In this document: positions 37,511-45,586 of the stretch, one piece after another
How positions within the stretch are numbered: position 1 is the stretch's first letter
Layout: each line of letters opens with the position of its first letter
IMG/VR virus record: IMGVR_UViG_2713896785_000028
Location: 1-45,586 of that record
Source of the DNA: a virus
Lineage: Duplodnaviria > Heunggongvirae > Uroviricota > Caudoviricetes
Strand: one strand, 5' to 3'
Length of the DNA: 45,586 bases
Made by a program: the position numbers and the translations under genes
Notes under the pieces: generated by a model
Told to the model about the DNA's origin: nothing
Database searches by the model: none
The model's input: the letters and a program-made list of their open reading frames with translations, nothing else

Positions 37511-38223
37511 TGTCAAACGCTCAAAAATTACCGTTTCTCCGAACACTGTCGGAGATGATGACCAGTTCTGGTAACCAGCAAGCCGAGCTTAAAGGCCGCG
37601 AATTGCCCTGCCATGTTGTCGATATCTGCGGGCAAATAGTGACAGTTCAGTTTGATATGCTGCCGGAGGGGATCAACTTCCCGCAGATAACAATCCCTGT
37701 CGCCACATTCCCGTATATCCGTTACCCGATACAGCCGGGCGATCGAGGAGTAACAATTGCCGCTGATGTATCACTGCGCGGTGTGTCCGGATTGGGAACC
37801 GGTATGGCAACGCTTTCTTACTCGATGTCGCTCACTCCCCTGTTTTTCGTGCCATTGGCAAACAAGGAGTGGTCCGACGAAGATCCGCAAAAAATCGTTT
37901 TGTACGGTCCGGATGGCGCGATCCTCAAAACAGAGGACGGCAGTAGCTCGGTAATGGTGGCTCTGGAAGAAATCAGGCAAAAGTCGAAAGCTGTTTACCT
38001 CGAGGCCGAAGATATTTTCCTGAACGGGAAAATTCACCTCAATGGACCGATCGTCCAGGACAAAGCCCAGATGAAGGATACAACCGCTTCGCTGATTGGT
38101 CCTCTTAATGTCGAGATGGATGCAGTTATCAACGGCGTGAGCGTCAGCGGCCACAGCCACGATGTGACTGGTGTTCAAAGCGGCAGCAGCACGATTACGT
38201 CGAAGAAACCAAATCCTGGTTAA
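37510..38223 (+). CDS. Baseplate spike protein (gpV-like)
   Basis: 237 aa; C-terminal HxH motif (VSGHSHDVTG) as found at the tip of gpV/gp5-type spikes. Confidence 0.5.
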   Translation: MSNAQKLPFLRTLSEMMTSSGNQQAELKGRELPCHVVDICGQIVTVQFDMLPEGINFPQITIPVATFPYIRYPIQPGDRGVTIAADVSLRGVSGLGTGMATLSYSMSLTPLFFVPLANKEWSDEDPQKIVLYGPDGAILKTEDGSSSVMVALEEIRQKSKAVYLEAEDIFLNGKIHLNGPIVQDKAQMKDTTASLIGPLNVEMDAVINGVSVSGHSHDVTGVQSGSSTITSKKPNPG

Positions 38224-38261
38224 TACCGGTTCATTTCACTTTAAATTCTGACCATAAAACG

Positions 38262-38300
38262 AAAACCCCGACTGTTGGCCCAGTCGGGGTTTTCTGTTTC
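38262..38300 (+). terminator. Rho-independent terminator after the spike gene
   Basis: CCCCGACTG-TTGGCC-CAGTCGGGG hairpin followed by TTTTCTGTTTC. Confidence 0.5.
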
Positions 38301-38320
38301 TCACCTTGAATACGCAAGGG

Positions 38321-38509
38321 ATGATTACGTATGTTTGGAGGTCTTCCGTGATTAATTTTAGCGGAGGAGACTGGATTGTGAAAGCCTTAAAATTAGTGGC
38401 AAAAAGCAATACCTTACGACGCATGTATTACACCGCTGCACTCGTAGCTTTAGCATTTGCCTTTTCACCAGTACTGACAGAGTTAGTTAAAGTGATGGGG
38501 GCACGATGA
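38321..38509 (+). CDS. Hypothetical small membrane protein
   Basis: 62 aa from an internal ATG of track ORF 38306..38509; hydrophobic segment YYTAALVALAFAFSPVL. Confidence 0.3.
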   Translation: MITYVWRSSVINFSGGDWIVKALKLVAKSNTLRRMYYTAALVALAFAFSPVLTELVKVMGAR

Positions 38510-38853
38510 GAACATGGGGCCGCGTCACCGACGCGAACGGCAACAAAAAATGGGTTGCAGTAGAATCTGACGCCAACGGTGATTTCTCCTACGGCTGGCT
38601 GACGACGCTCATTCAGACGTTAAAGCTGGGATTGGGGGAGTCGCCGTTTTACGCGAATTACGGTATTCCTGCACAGCAGTGCATCGTGCAGCAGATTTAC
38701 CCAGACTACTATGTGAACATGGTTCAGCAACAGTTTGCTGGGTATTTTGCATCACTGGCAATTTCAAAGGTAGATGGAGCAGATAACCCCACCTATAACA
38801 TCGATGTTGTGTTTTTTAATGGGACCAGTTACCGGACGCAGGTGCCGGTATGA
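38506..38853 (+). CDS. Baseplate protein (putative)
   Basis: 115 aa; size and position comparable to gpW/gp25-class baseplate proteins, with no motif-level support. Confidence 0.35.
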   Translation: MRTWGRVTDANGNKKWVAVESDANGDFSYGWLTTLIQTLKLGLGESPFYANYGIPAQQCIVQQIYPDYYVNMVQQQFAGYFASLAISKVDGADNPTYNIDVVFFNGTSYRTQVPV

Positions 38854-39002
38854 ATCACAGTTTTATGATAAAACTTTTACCTTGGTTTGGAGTGCTGTAG
38901 AGAGATATTTTAGGGGGGCGAGTAATTTTCTAAGCTGGAGCATATTGACATATATTATTTCGGATTTGCAAAATACATATTGTTACCATGGAGGAGACAA
39001 GC

Positions 39003-40163
39003 ATGGAAAATTTTGCAAATAAGTTAAAAATACACACAGAGCATGTTGCAAAAATGGGGGTGTTTTGTACAACTGAAGAAACGACAAAACAAGCACTCAT
39101 TATGCCATTACTAGATATTCTTGGTTTTACTCCGTATGATCCAAGAAAAGTCAAAGCTGAGTATAGTGCTGACTTCCCCGGGGTTAAGGCTAATGAACGG
39201 GTTGATTACGCTTTATTTTGTCATGATGTTCCTGTGATGTTCATTGAGGCGAAATCGTTTTCAGAACAAATTGATAATCACTGCCCACAGCTATCAAGAT
39301 ATTTTAATTCAACACCGGAAGTTACTATATCAGCCATTACAAATGGTGTTGAATGGCGTTTTTTTACGGATTTGAAACAAAAAAACATAATGGATTCAAC
39401 GCCGTTTTTAAAAATAAGAATGGATTCTCTAACTCACTCCGATATTACACAATTATTTCGTTTTCGTTATGATAAATTCAAACCAGAGGCTTTACGGACA
39501 CTGGCTGAAGAAAGTGTTTATTTGAATTCATTTACTAAAACAATCAGTTCTAGTCTTCGTGAAGTTGATCTGGAGTTTGTTCGATATGTTGCTAGTCGTT
39601 CAAATATTGAGAGACAACTTAATCAGAGATTTCTTGAGTTCGTGACTCCATTAGTTAAACAGGCCGTTGAGCGCGCTGTTAGCGCAATGGTGGTTTCCGG
39701 GCTATCTACACAACCGGTAGAGCAAACTAAAGAAAATGATGCAACGGATACACAAGTTAATAACGCCATTGTTGATGAAGAAAACCCCAACATAATAACC
39801 ACAGCCAAAGAATTGGAGCTATTTGAAAGGGTAAAACAAATCATACAAACAGAAGATAATATAGAATATAAAGATACTGAGTCATATTTTGGTGTGCTAT
39901 TGAATGGTAAAACTAATAGATGGCTGTTAAGATTTTATGATAAAAAATCTTCATTTATAACTTTACCTATTTCGCTTAGTGAAGTTCAGTTGAATGAAAT
40001 AAGACGAGCTCGACTTGATACGGATGGTAAAAGGATACATATAACTAATCCGGAAGATATACTTCGCATATCTGGTTTGATTCTGGATTCATACGAGTAT
40101 GTTAAAAATGATGATAATTTCCGCCGAGGGTCCAGAGTGAGCAGTTTAGAAGAGGTTGAATAA
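39003..40163 (+). CDS. Restriction-endonuclease-like PD-(D/E)xK nuclease with HsdR-N-type N-terminal domain, moron of unknown role
   Basis: 386 aa from the ATG with a GGAGGA RBS; N-terminal motifs ALIMPLLDILGF...RVDYALF...VMFIEAKS...ITNGVEWRFF match the type I restriction HsdR N-terminal nuclease pattern; AT-rich; own TTGACA promoter element upstream and a terminator downstream. Confidence 0.7.
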   Translation: MENFANKLKIHTEHVAKMGVFCTTEETTKQALIMPLLDILGFTPYDPRKVKAEYSADFPGVKANERVDYALFCHDVPVMFIEAKSFSEQIDNHCPQLSRYFNSTPEVTISAITNGVEWRFFTDLKQKNIMDSTPFLKIRMDSLTHSDITQLFRFRYDKFKPEALRTLAEESVYLNSFTKTISSSLREVDLEFVRYVASRSNIERQLNQRFLEFVTPLVKQAVERAVSAMVVSGLSTQPVEQTKENDATDTQVNNAIVDEENPNIITTAKELELFERVKQIIQTEDNIEYKDTESYFGVLLNGKTNRWLLRFYDKKSSFITLPISLSEVQLNEIRRARLDTDGKRIHITNPEDILRISGLILDSYEYVKNDDNFRRGSRVSSLEEVE

Positions 40164-40165
40164 GT

Positions 40166-40192
40166 AAAAAACCCGCGAAAGCGGGTTTTTTA
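40166..40192 (+). terminator. Rho-independent terminator after the nuclease moron
   Basis: AAAAAACCCGC-GAAA-GCGGGTTTTTT, a perfect hairpin with T-run. Confidence 0.65.
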
Positions 40193-40203
40193 ATGGAGTA
40201 AAT

Positions 40204-41430
40204 ATGTCAGAAATACCAATTACTATGACCAGTGCGGGGGCGCAGCCTACGCCACCCAATGATTTGCTTGCAAATCTTATCATCAGAGTTGCTGAAAAAG
40301 TACCTGGATATACAGCCAACCTTCCGGCGGGGCTTATTACTGACCTTGCCAGCACGGCAGTCGGGGCGCTGGCATTAATAGACCAGGCGCGGGTGGACCT
40401 TATTAACTCCGTAAGCCCATACGGCGCAAATATTCCGTTACTGATGCAACTCGGAAACATTTATGGAGCACAGAAGGGATTAAGTACAAATACGGCGGTA
40501 TACGTGGTATTTGAGGCGTTGCCGGGGTTTGGTATCCCTAAAGGATTTGTTGTCGGTGATGGCAACTACCAGTATGCAGTTTCCCGCGATACGGTGGTGC
40601 CGGAAAGTGGGCAGACTGAACCAGTCTACTGTGTGGCCACAACGTCAGGCTCATGGGCTGTACCGGAAGGGACTGTGACGCAGGTTATTACCTCAGTACC
40701 AAAAGACCAGCCTGTAAAATGCACGAACCTTACCGCAGGGATGCCAGGTCAGGAGGCGCAGACGTGGGCATCTTACCGCGCCGAAGTCATGGAGTCCGGT
40801 ATGTTTGGTGTGCAGGGAACACCGGATTGCTATAAAGCGATGCTCAAATCAGTAAGCGGTGTGCGAGAAAACCTGATTTCTTTCCGGCAGTCGTCGCTGG
40901 GGAAATGGGTTGCGGTTGTTGGTGGCGGTGATCCGTATGATGTGGCTTATGCGATTTACAAATCTGTACCGGATATTTCGAAACTGACCAACGATGTAAG
41001 CAATCCATCCGGTGCGGCAGTGGAAAAACGCACGGTTTCAATAACCGTTTCGCCGGACGTTTATCAGGTGCCGTTCGTTATCCCGTCATCACAAAACGTC
41101 ATGGTGCTAATCACCTGGAACACGGTGTCTGATGATTATGTTGATCCGGCGGGTATTGCTATGGCTGTGCAGCAAAACGTTGCTGATTACATCAATTCAA
41201 TTGAAGTCGGACACCCGATAAATCTTCTGCGTATCCAGGATATTTTTACCAGTTCTGTCAGGTTGCTGGTTGATGCGACGTTGATCTCAACAATCAGTGT
41301 GAGCATTGGCATTAATGGTCATATTGTTCTTCCGGCAAAAGACACAAGCCTGGTTTATGGCGATACCTATTCCTATTTTTCGACAGTGGCATCACAGGTT
41401 CAAGTTAACAAGTATGCAATATCTGACTGA
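40204..41430 (+). CDS. Baseplate J-like protein
   Basis: 408 aa, followed by a gpI-like gene and the tail fibre, as in Mu/P2-type baseplate clusters. Confidence 0.55.
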   Translation: MSEIPITMTSAGAQPTPPNDLLANLIIRVAEKVPGYTANLPAGLITDLASTAVGALALIDQARVDLINSVSPYGANIPLLMQLGNIYGAQKGLSTNTAVYVVFEALPGFGIPKGFVVGDGNYQYAVSRDTVVPESGQTEPVYCVATTSGSWAVPEGTVTQVITSVPKDQPVKCTNLTAGMPGQEAQTWASYRAEVMESGMFGVQGTPDCYKAMLKSVSGVRENLISFRQSSLGKWVAVVGGGDPYDVAYAIYKSVPDISKLTNDVSNPSGAAVEKRTVSITVSPDVYQVPFVIPSSQNVMVLITWNTVSDDYVDPAGIAMAVQQNVADYINSIEVGHPINLLRIQDIFTSSVRLLVDATLISTISVSIGINGHIVLPAKDTSLVYGDTYSYFSTVASQVQVNKYAISD

Positions 41431-42040
41431 AAAAATTCTCCCTGCTTATCCGTTTGTGCAGTACAGAGATGATCCGAATGTTGTTGCGTTCTTTGATGCA
41501 TACAATGAAATTGCTCAGGAATACCTCGATTCACTCAACAATCTGGCATTGCCATGCTGGACATCGGAATCAATAACCGGGCAATTGCTGGACTGGATTG
41601 CTCTCGGGATTTATGGCGTTGAAAGGCCTTTACTACAGGTTTCCGAGGAGGCTATTGCACGCGGCGCATACGATACCATTGAATACAATACAATCCCTTA
41701 TGCGGCAATGCGGAATTATGTTCCGGGGCAGGCATCGTATGTTCCGGATGATTATTTCAAGCGAATATTAACTTGGAATTTTTATAAGGCTGACGGTTCG
41801 CATTTCTGCATTGACTGGTTAAAGCGCCGTGTGGCACGGTTCATTCATGGGAAAAACGGAATAGACCCGCCGTTGCAGCACACTTTTGATGTGAGCGTGA
41901 CTGTATCGGACAGTGTTTTTTCTATTCAGATACCAGAATATGGTGATGGTATAGGCTATTTTCTGAAAGATGCCATTGACCAGAAATATGTAAAACTCCC
42001 TTTTATTTATTCCTATGCAACAACGGTGATTCAAAAATGA
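41414..42040 (+). CDS. Tail protein I-like baseplate protein
   Basis: 208 aa from the ATG overlapping the J-like stop; position before the tail fibre. Confidence 0.45.
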   Translation: MQYLTEKILPAYPFVQYRDDPNVVAFFDAYNEIAQEYLDSLNNLALPCWTSESITGQLLDWIALGIYGVERPLLQVSEEAIARGAYDTIEYNTIPYAAMRNYVPGQASYVPDDYFKRILTWNFYKADGSHFCIDWLKRRVARFIHGKNGIDPPLQHTFDVSVTVSDSVFSIQIPEYGDGIGYFLKDAIDQKYVKLPFIYSYATTVIQK

Positions 42041-43590
42041 TTCTTGGATTCGGAAATAACGTTGTTTCAGCACTGGCTGGTGATATTACGACGATTCAGA
42101 CTGATATTCCGGTGATGCCGGGCACGGGAGCTAAATTTGCAAAATTGCTTTCTGCCGATTTTGAAAATAAATCGAACGGGCAACGCGTCTATGCAAAAAT
42201 TACGCTTACCGATAATAAAGAGTCTGCATTTGAGATTTGTCACCTGGTATCGGTAAGCGGTGATGTGCTGAAAGTCATTCGTGGGCAGGAAGGAACAACC
42301 GCGAAAGGTTGGTCCCTTAATGACGTTGTGGCTAACTTTGCCACGCGTGGATCGGAAAACTATTTCGTACAGATAGCGCAGCTTCAGAGCGGTCATTATA
42401 TTGCGGGTGTTACTGGTGGCACTGCAAACGCACTGACGCTGGAACTTCCCTCGACGTTTTTTGTTAATGGAGGTACAGATTGGACGCTACGAACTCCGAT
42501 TATAGTTTTCCCCGTTCAGAACAATACCAACGCGGCGACACTTCAACTAACACTAGGCGGAAAGGTTCTTGGTACGTTCCCACTTTATAAGGGGAACAAG
42601 TCCGAGCTGGTAGCGAATGATATCATTAAGGGTATTCCTTTGATTTGCCTTCTTGATAGCGAGAAAAGCTATTTCAGTGTGATAAACCCCGGCAATATCT
42701 ATTCAGATTTTGATCTGCGATATGTAAAAAAATCTGGTGATTTGATGACCGGGGAGCTGAAAATACGTGGTGTTAATGCATTGAGGATTTTTAACGAGGC
42801 TTTTGGCCTTATTTTTCGCCGTTCTGAAGAGTGCCTGCACCTTATCCCTACTAGTGAAGGTCAGGGCGAGAATGGAGATATTGGTCCCCTGCGTCCGCTC
42901 ACCATTAATTTGCGGACAGGAGAGATATCCATGTCGCATAAAGTGTCTGTTGGCGGTGGTTCTCAGGTCAATGGTGCACTGGGTATCGGCGTTCAGAACG
43001 CGCTGGGCGGAAACTCAATTGCTTTCGGGGATAACGATACAGGTATAAAACAAAACGGCGACGGCATTCTGGATGTTTATGCGAATGGACAGCATGTATT
43101 TCGTTTCCAGAATGGTGTGGCGATAGCGTTAAAAAATATTCAGGCCGGAAATGCTAAAAAATTCACGTTATCCAGCGCCAACAACTCCACGAAAAACGCA
43201 ACGTTTAATTTATGGGGTAATTCATCCCGACCTGTAGTTGCAGAGCTTGGTGATGATTCCGGCTGGCATTTTTACAGCCAGAGAAATACCGATGGCAGTA
43301 TCACATTCGCTGTAAACGGACAGATGACCCCATCAAACTATGGAAATTTCGATGCCCGTTATCAGCAGCGAAATGGCGGCGTGCAGGATGTGCGCTATGG
43401 TTCCGAAATGTATTACAAACCTGGCAGCAATGTAATCTCCTGGACATATCACGCTCCTGCGGGACACGGATTGTCAGGGATATCGATATCGGATACTGGT
43501 AAAAATTCAGCGGATAACGTCAACGGCGTGTATTACCGACCGCTTCAGAAACTGATTAACGGCACCTGGTATAACGTGGCGAGTGTTTAA
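42037..43590 (+). CDS. Tail fibre protein
   Basis: 517 aa, Gly/Asn/Ser-rich C-terminal half; followed by a tail fibre assembly gene. Confidence 0.65.
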   Translation: MILGFGNNVVSALAGDITTIQTDIPVMPGTGAKFAKLLSADFENKSNGQRVYAKITLTDNKESAFEICHLVSVSGDVLKVIRGQEGTTAKGWSLNDVVANFATRGSENYFVQIAQLQSGHYIAGVTGGTANALTLELPSTFFVNGGTDWTLRTPIIVFPVQNNTNAATLQLTLGGKVLGTFPLYKGNKSELVANDIIKGIPLICLLDSEKSYFSVINPGNIYSDFDLRYVKKSGDLMTGELKIRGVNALRIFNEAFGLIFRRSEECLHLIPTSEGQGENGDIGPLRPLTINLRTGEISMSHKVSVGGGSQVNGALGIGVQNALGGNSIAFGDNDTGIKQNGDGILDVYANGQHVFRFQNGVAIALKNIQAGNAKKFTLSSANNSTKNATFNLWGNSSRPVVAELGDDSGWHFYSQRNTDGSITFAVNGQMTPSNYGNFDARYQQRNGGVQDVRYGSEMYYKPGSNVISWTYHAPAGHGLSGISISDTGKNSADNVNGVYYRPLQKLINGTWYNVASV

Positions 43591-43592
43591 CA

Positions 43593-44138
43593 ATGTTGCA
43601 TTTAAAAAATATTACTGCAGGCAATCCGAAAACCGCAGAACAATATCAGATGACAAAACAACATGGTATCACCTGGCTTTTTTCGGAAGATGACAAAAAC
43701 TGGTATGAAGAGCTGAAAAATTTTGCCAGTGACACCATAAAAATGGTTTACACCGGAGACGGGCGCGTGGTTTGGGTCGGTAAGGATGTGACAGGCATTG
43801 AACCCCGTAACGCCAGTGTTATTGAAGTTCCTGATATTACCGCTAACCGCCGTATTACCGTGCCTGGTTACTGGTTTTACCGCGACGATAAATTTGTCTT
43901 CGACTACAAACTTAAAGCGGAAGATGAGCGCGATGCCCTGTTACAACGGGTCAGCATCATGACCAGCGAATGGGAAAAAGACCTGCTGCTGGGATTAATC
44001 AGTGACGACGACAGGGAGAAGCTGAAAGCGTACCGCATTTACGCGAAATCGCTGCAGGCGATGGATTTCAGCACCATCACTGATAAAACCTCATATAACG
44101 CCATTGAATGGCCCGTCTCTCCGGAAGCCTCTTCCTGA
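43593..44138 (+). CDS. tfa: Tail fibre assembly protein (Tfa-like)
   Basis: 181 aa; C-terminal ...AIEWPVSP motif typical of Tfa chaperones; directly downstream of the fibre gene. Confidence 0.7.
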   Translation: MLHLKNITAGNPKTAEQYQMTKQHGITWLFSEDDKNWYEELKNFASDTIKMVYTGDGRVVWVGKDVTGIEPRNASVIEVPDITANRRITVPGYWFYRDDKFVFDYKLKAEDERDALLQRVSIMTSEWEKDLLLGLISDDDREKLKAYRIYAKSLQAMDFSTITDKTSYNAIEWPVSPEASS

Positions 44139-44161
44139 TTTAATTTATCGCGAGAAAAACT

Positions 44162-45586
44162 ATGTCTGTAGTGATATCAGGTGCGCTGATTGATGGCGCA
44201 GGTATCTCCATGTCCGGATGCCACATTATTCTGAAATCCCGGGTAAACACCTCAGAGGTGGTGATGCGCACAGTTGCCGACGTGGTGACAGGAAACTGTG
44301 GCGAGTACTGTTTTGAGGCGCAGACCGGAAAATATTGCGTATATCTGAAACAGGGCTGGCGCGACGAGTACTGTGTTGGCGATATTGCTGTATACGACGA
44401 CTCAAAGCCCGGCACGCTGAACGATTTTCTGACTGCCCTGGATGAAGGCGACCTCAAACCCGACGTGGTGAAACGATTTGAGGAAATGGTGGCGCAGGCG
44501 CAGCAGGGTGCCGAAACCGCAACAGAAAGCGAACGACAGGCAGGGCAACATGCAGATGCTGCCGCCCGGGCAAAAGAAGAGGTAAAAAAACTGGCGGAAG
44601 GTGTTCAGCAGAACGCCGACGCTGTTGCGGAGGGTAAACAACAGGCCGAAAATCTGGCCTCGCAGGTTGAGAATGCCGCCGCAGAGGTAAAAAAGGACGC
44701 TGAAGCTGCTAAACAGGCCGCATCCGGTGCAGAGCAGGCCAGAGCAGATATTGATACTGCGTTATCTGCGACACTGAAAACGGCGAATCGCCTGTCAGAG
44801 CTGGCTGATGAAGGTGAAGAGGCTCAGCAGGAATCCCGTGATAATCTTGGACTGAAAAGCGCTGCCACAATGACGCCACAGAGCGACATTCGTGACCGGA
44901 CTGAAGGTCGTCTGGCGACACCTGGCGCATTTGGTTTTGGGCATATTTTTTTGCCCGCAGAGCGTATCCGTTTTAACACAGAGGATGATTTTCTGGCATG
45001 GGTAAGGAATGCGACGCCGGGTGAATATTTTGTTGAGGGTGGCAGTAAAATCATATCCGGAGGTGTGTTGTTTAACGGGGTGGTCAGAATCCGGTGGGTT
45101 GAGGCACACAATAATCCACCGGAACCGCGATATACATCAAAGGCCATTATTTTCTACGGTATCAATGGCGATGTTTATTACAGCCGCTACTGGACAACAG
45201 GTAATGGTTATCTGACTGGCTGGGAAAATCTGAAAATTACCTCACAGGACATTATCTCTCTTTTGTCCGGTATTGCTCCCGGTACCACGGACGGCTGGTA
45301 CGGTGCAGGCAGTCTTGTACTGGCGGCTTATAACGGTAAGGGAGATGCAGACACCGACCGCCGGATAAAGCGCGGTTACAGTTATCCGGGGTCACGCCTG
45401 AGTGCGGTTGAATTTATGTGTTACGGCACGACCGGTAGCAGGGTTGGATATAACGGCAGCGTTTCCGTATATGTGCGGGGTTCTGGTGGTGGTATGCCGG
45501 GGTCATATCGTGCACTGTCAGGCGATGAACTCGGGTCTGCCGGGTCAGCCAGTGTCATGATTGGTTTGTTCATACGTATTGCGTAG
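44162..45586 (+). CDS. stf: Side tail fibre protein (Stf-like N-terminal domain)
   Basis: 474 aa; N-terminus ISGALIDGAGISMSGCHIILKSRVNTSEVV...PGTLNDFL resembles the conserved N-terminal domain of lambdoid side tail fibres; Ala/Glu/Gln-rich coiled-coil segment; stop codon is the last triplet of the window. Confidence 0.6.
   Translation: MSVVISGALIDGAGISMSGCHIILKSRVNTSEVVMRTVADVVTGNCGEYCFEAQTGKYCVYLKQGWRDEYCVGDIAVYDDSKPGTLNDFLTALDEGDLKPDVVKRFEEMVAQAQQGAETATESERQAGQHADAAARAKEEVKKLAEGVQQNADAVAEGKQQAENLASQVENAAAEVKKDAEAAKQAASGAEQARADIDTALSATLKTANRLSELADEGEEAQQESRDNLGLKSAATMTPQSDIRDRTEGRLATPGAFGFGHIFLPAERIRFNTEDDFLAWVRNATPGEYFVEGGSKIISGGVLFNGVVRIRWVEAHNNPPEPRYTSKAIIFYGINGDVYYSRYWTTGNGYLTGWENLKITSQDIISLLSGIAPGTTDGWYGAGSLVLAAYNGKGDADTDRRIKRGYSYPGSRLSAVEFMCYGTTGSRVGYNGSVSVYVRGSGGGMPGSYRALSGDELGSAGSASVMIGLFIRIA

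Overview
This window is a near-complete Rac-like lambdoid prophage of an enterobacterial (E. coli-type) host, read left to right. Early region on the minus strand: integrase, excisionase, RalR/Lar, RecT, RecE, RacC, YdaE, KilR, YdaF/G and the RacR repressor. Plus strand from 8.6 kb: YdaS/YdaT, a YdaU-like replication initiator containing palindromic iteron-like repeats, and a DnaC-like loader. The main accessory cargo is (1) an AT-rich two-gene cassette at 11.0-14.4 kb encoding an AAA+ ATPase and a subtilisin-like S8 peptidase, architecturally like the IetAS defence family; (2) an AT-rich multi-pass membrane-protein moron after the Q antiterminator; (3) an AT-rich HsdR-N-type PD-(D/E)xK nuclease moron with its own promoter and terminator inside the baseplate cluster. 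The rest is a nin-like region, tRNA-Ile2(CAU) and tRNA-Arg(UCU) with a degenerate third tRNA-like remnant, a lysis cassette with a GH108 endolysin, terminase, head genes, a contractile tail/baseplate module with a G/GT-type -1 frameshift chaperone, and tail fibres. All calls are from reading the sequence and ORF track; no database search was run. Coordinates placed by hand (tRNAs, terminators, repeats, sub-60-aa ORFs) may be off by 1-2 nt, and structural-gene names in the head/tail module rest largely on gene order and size.
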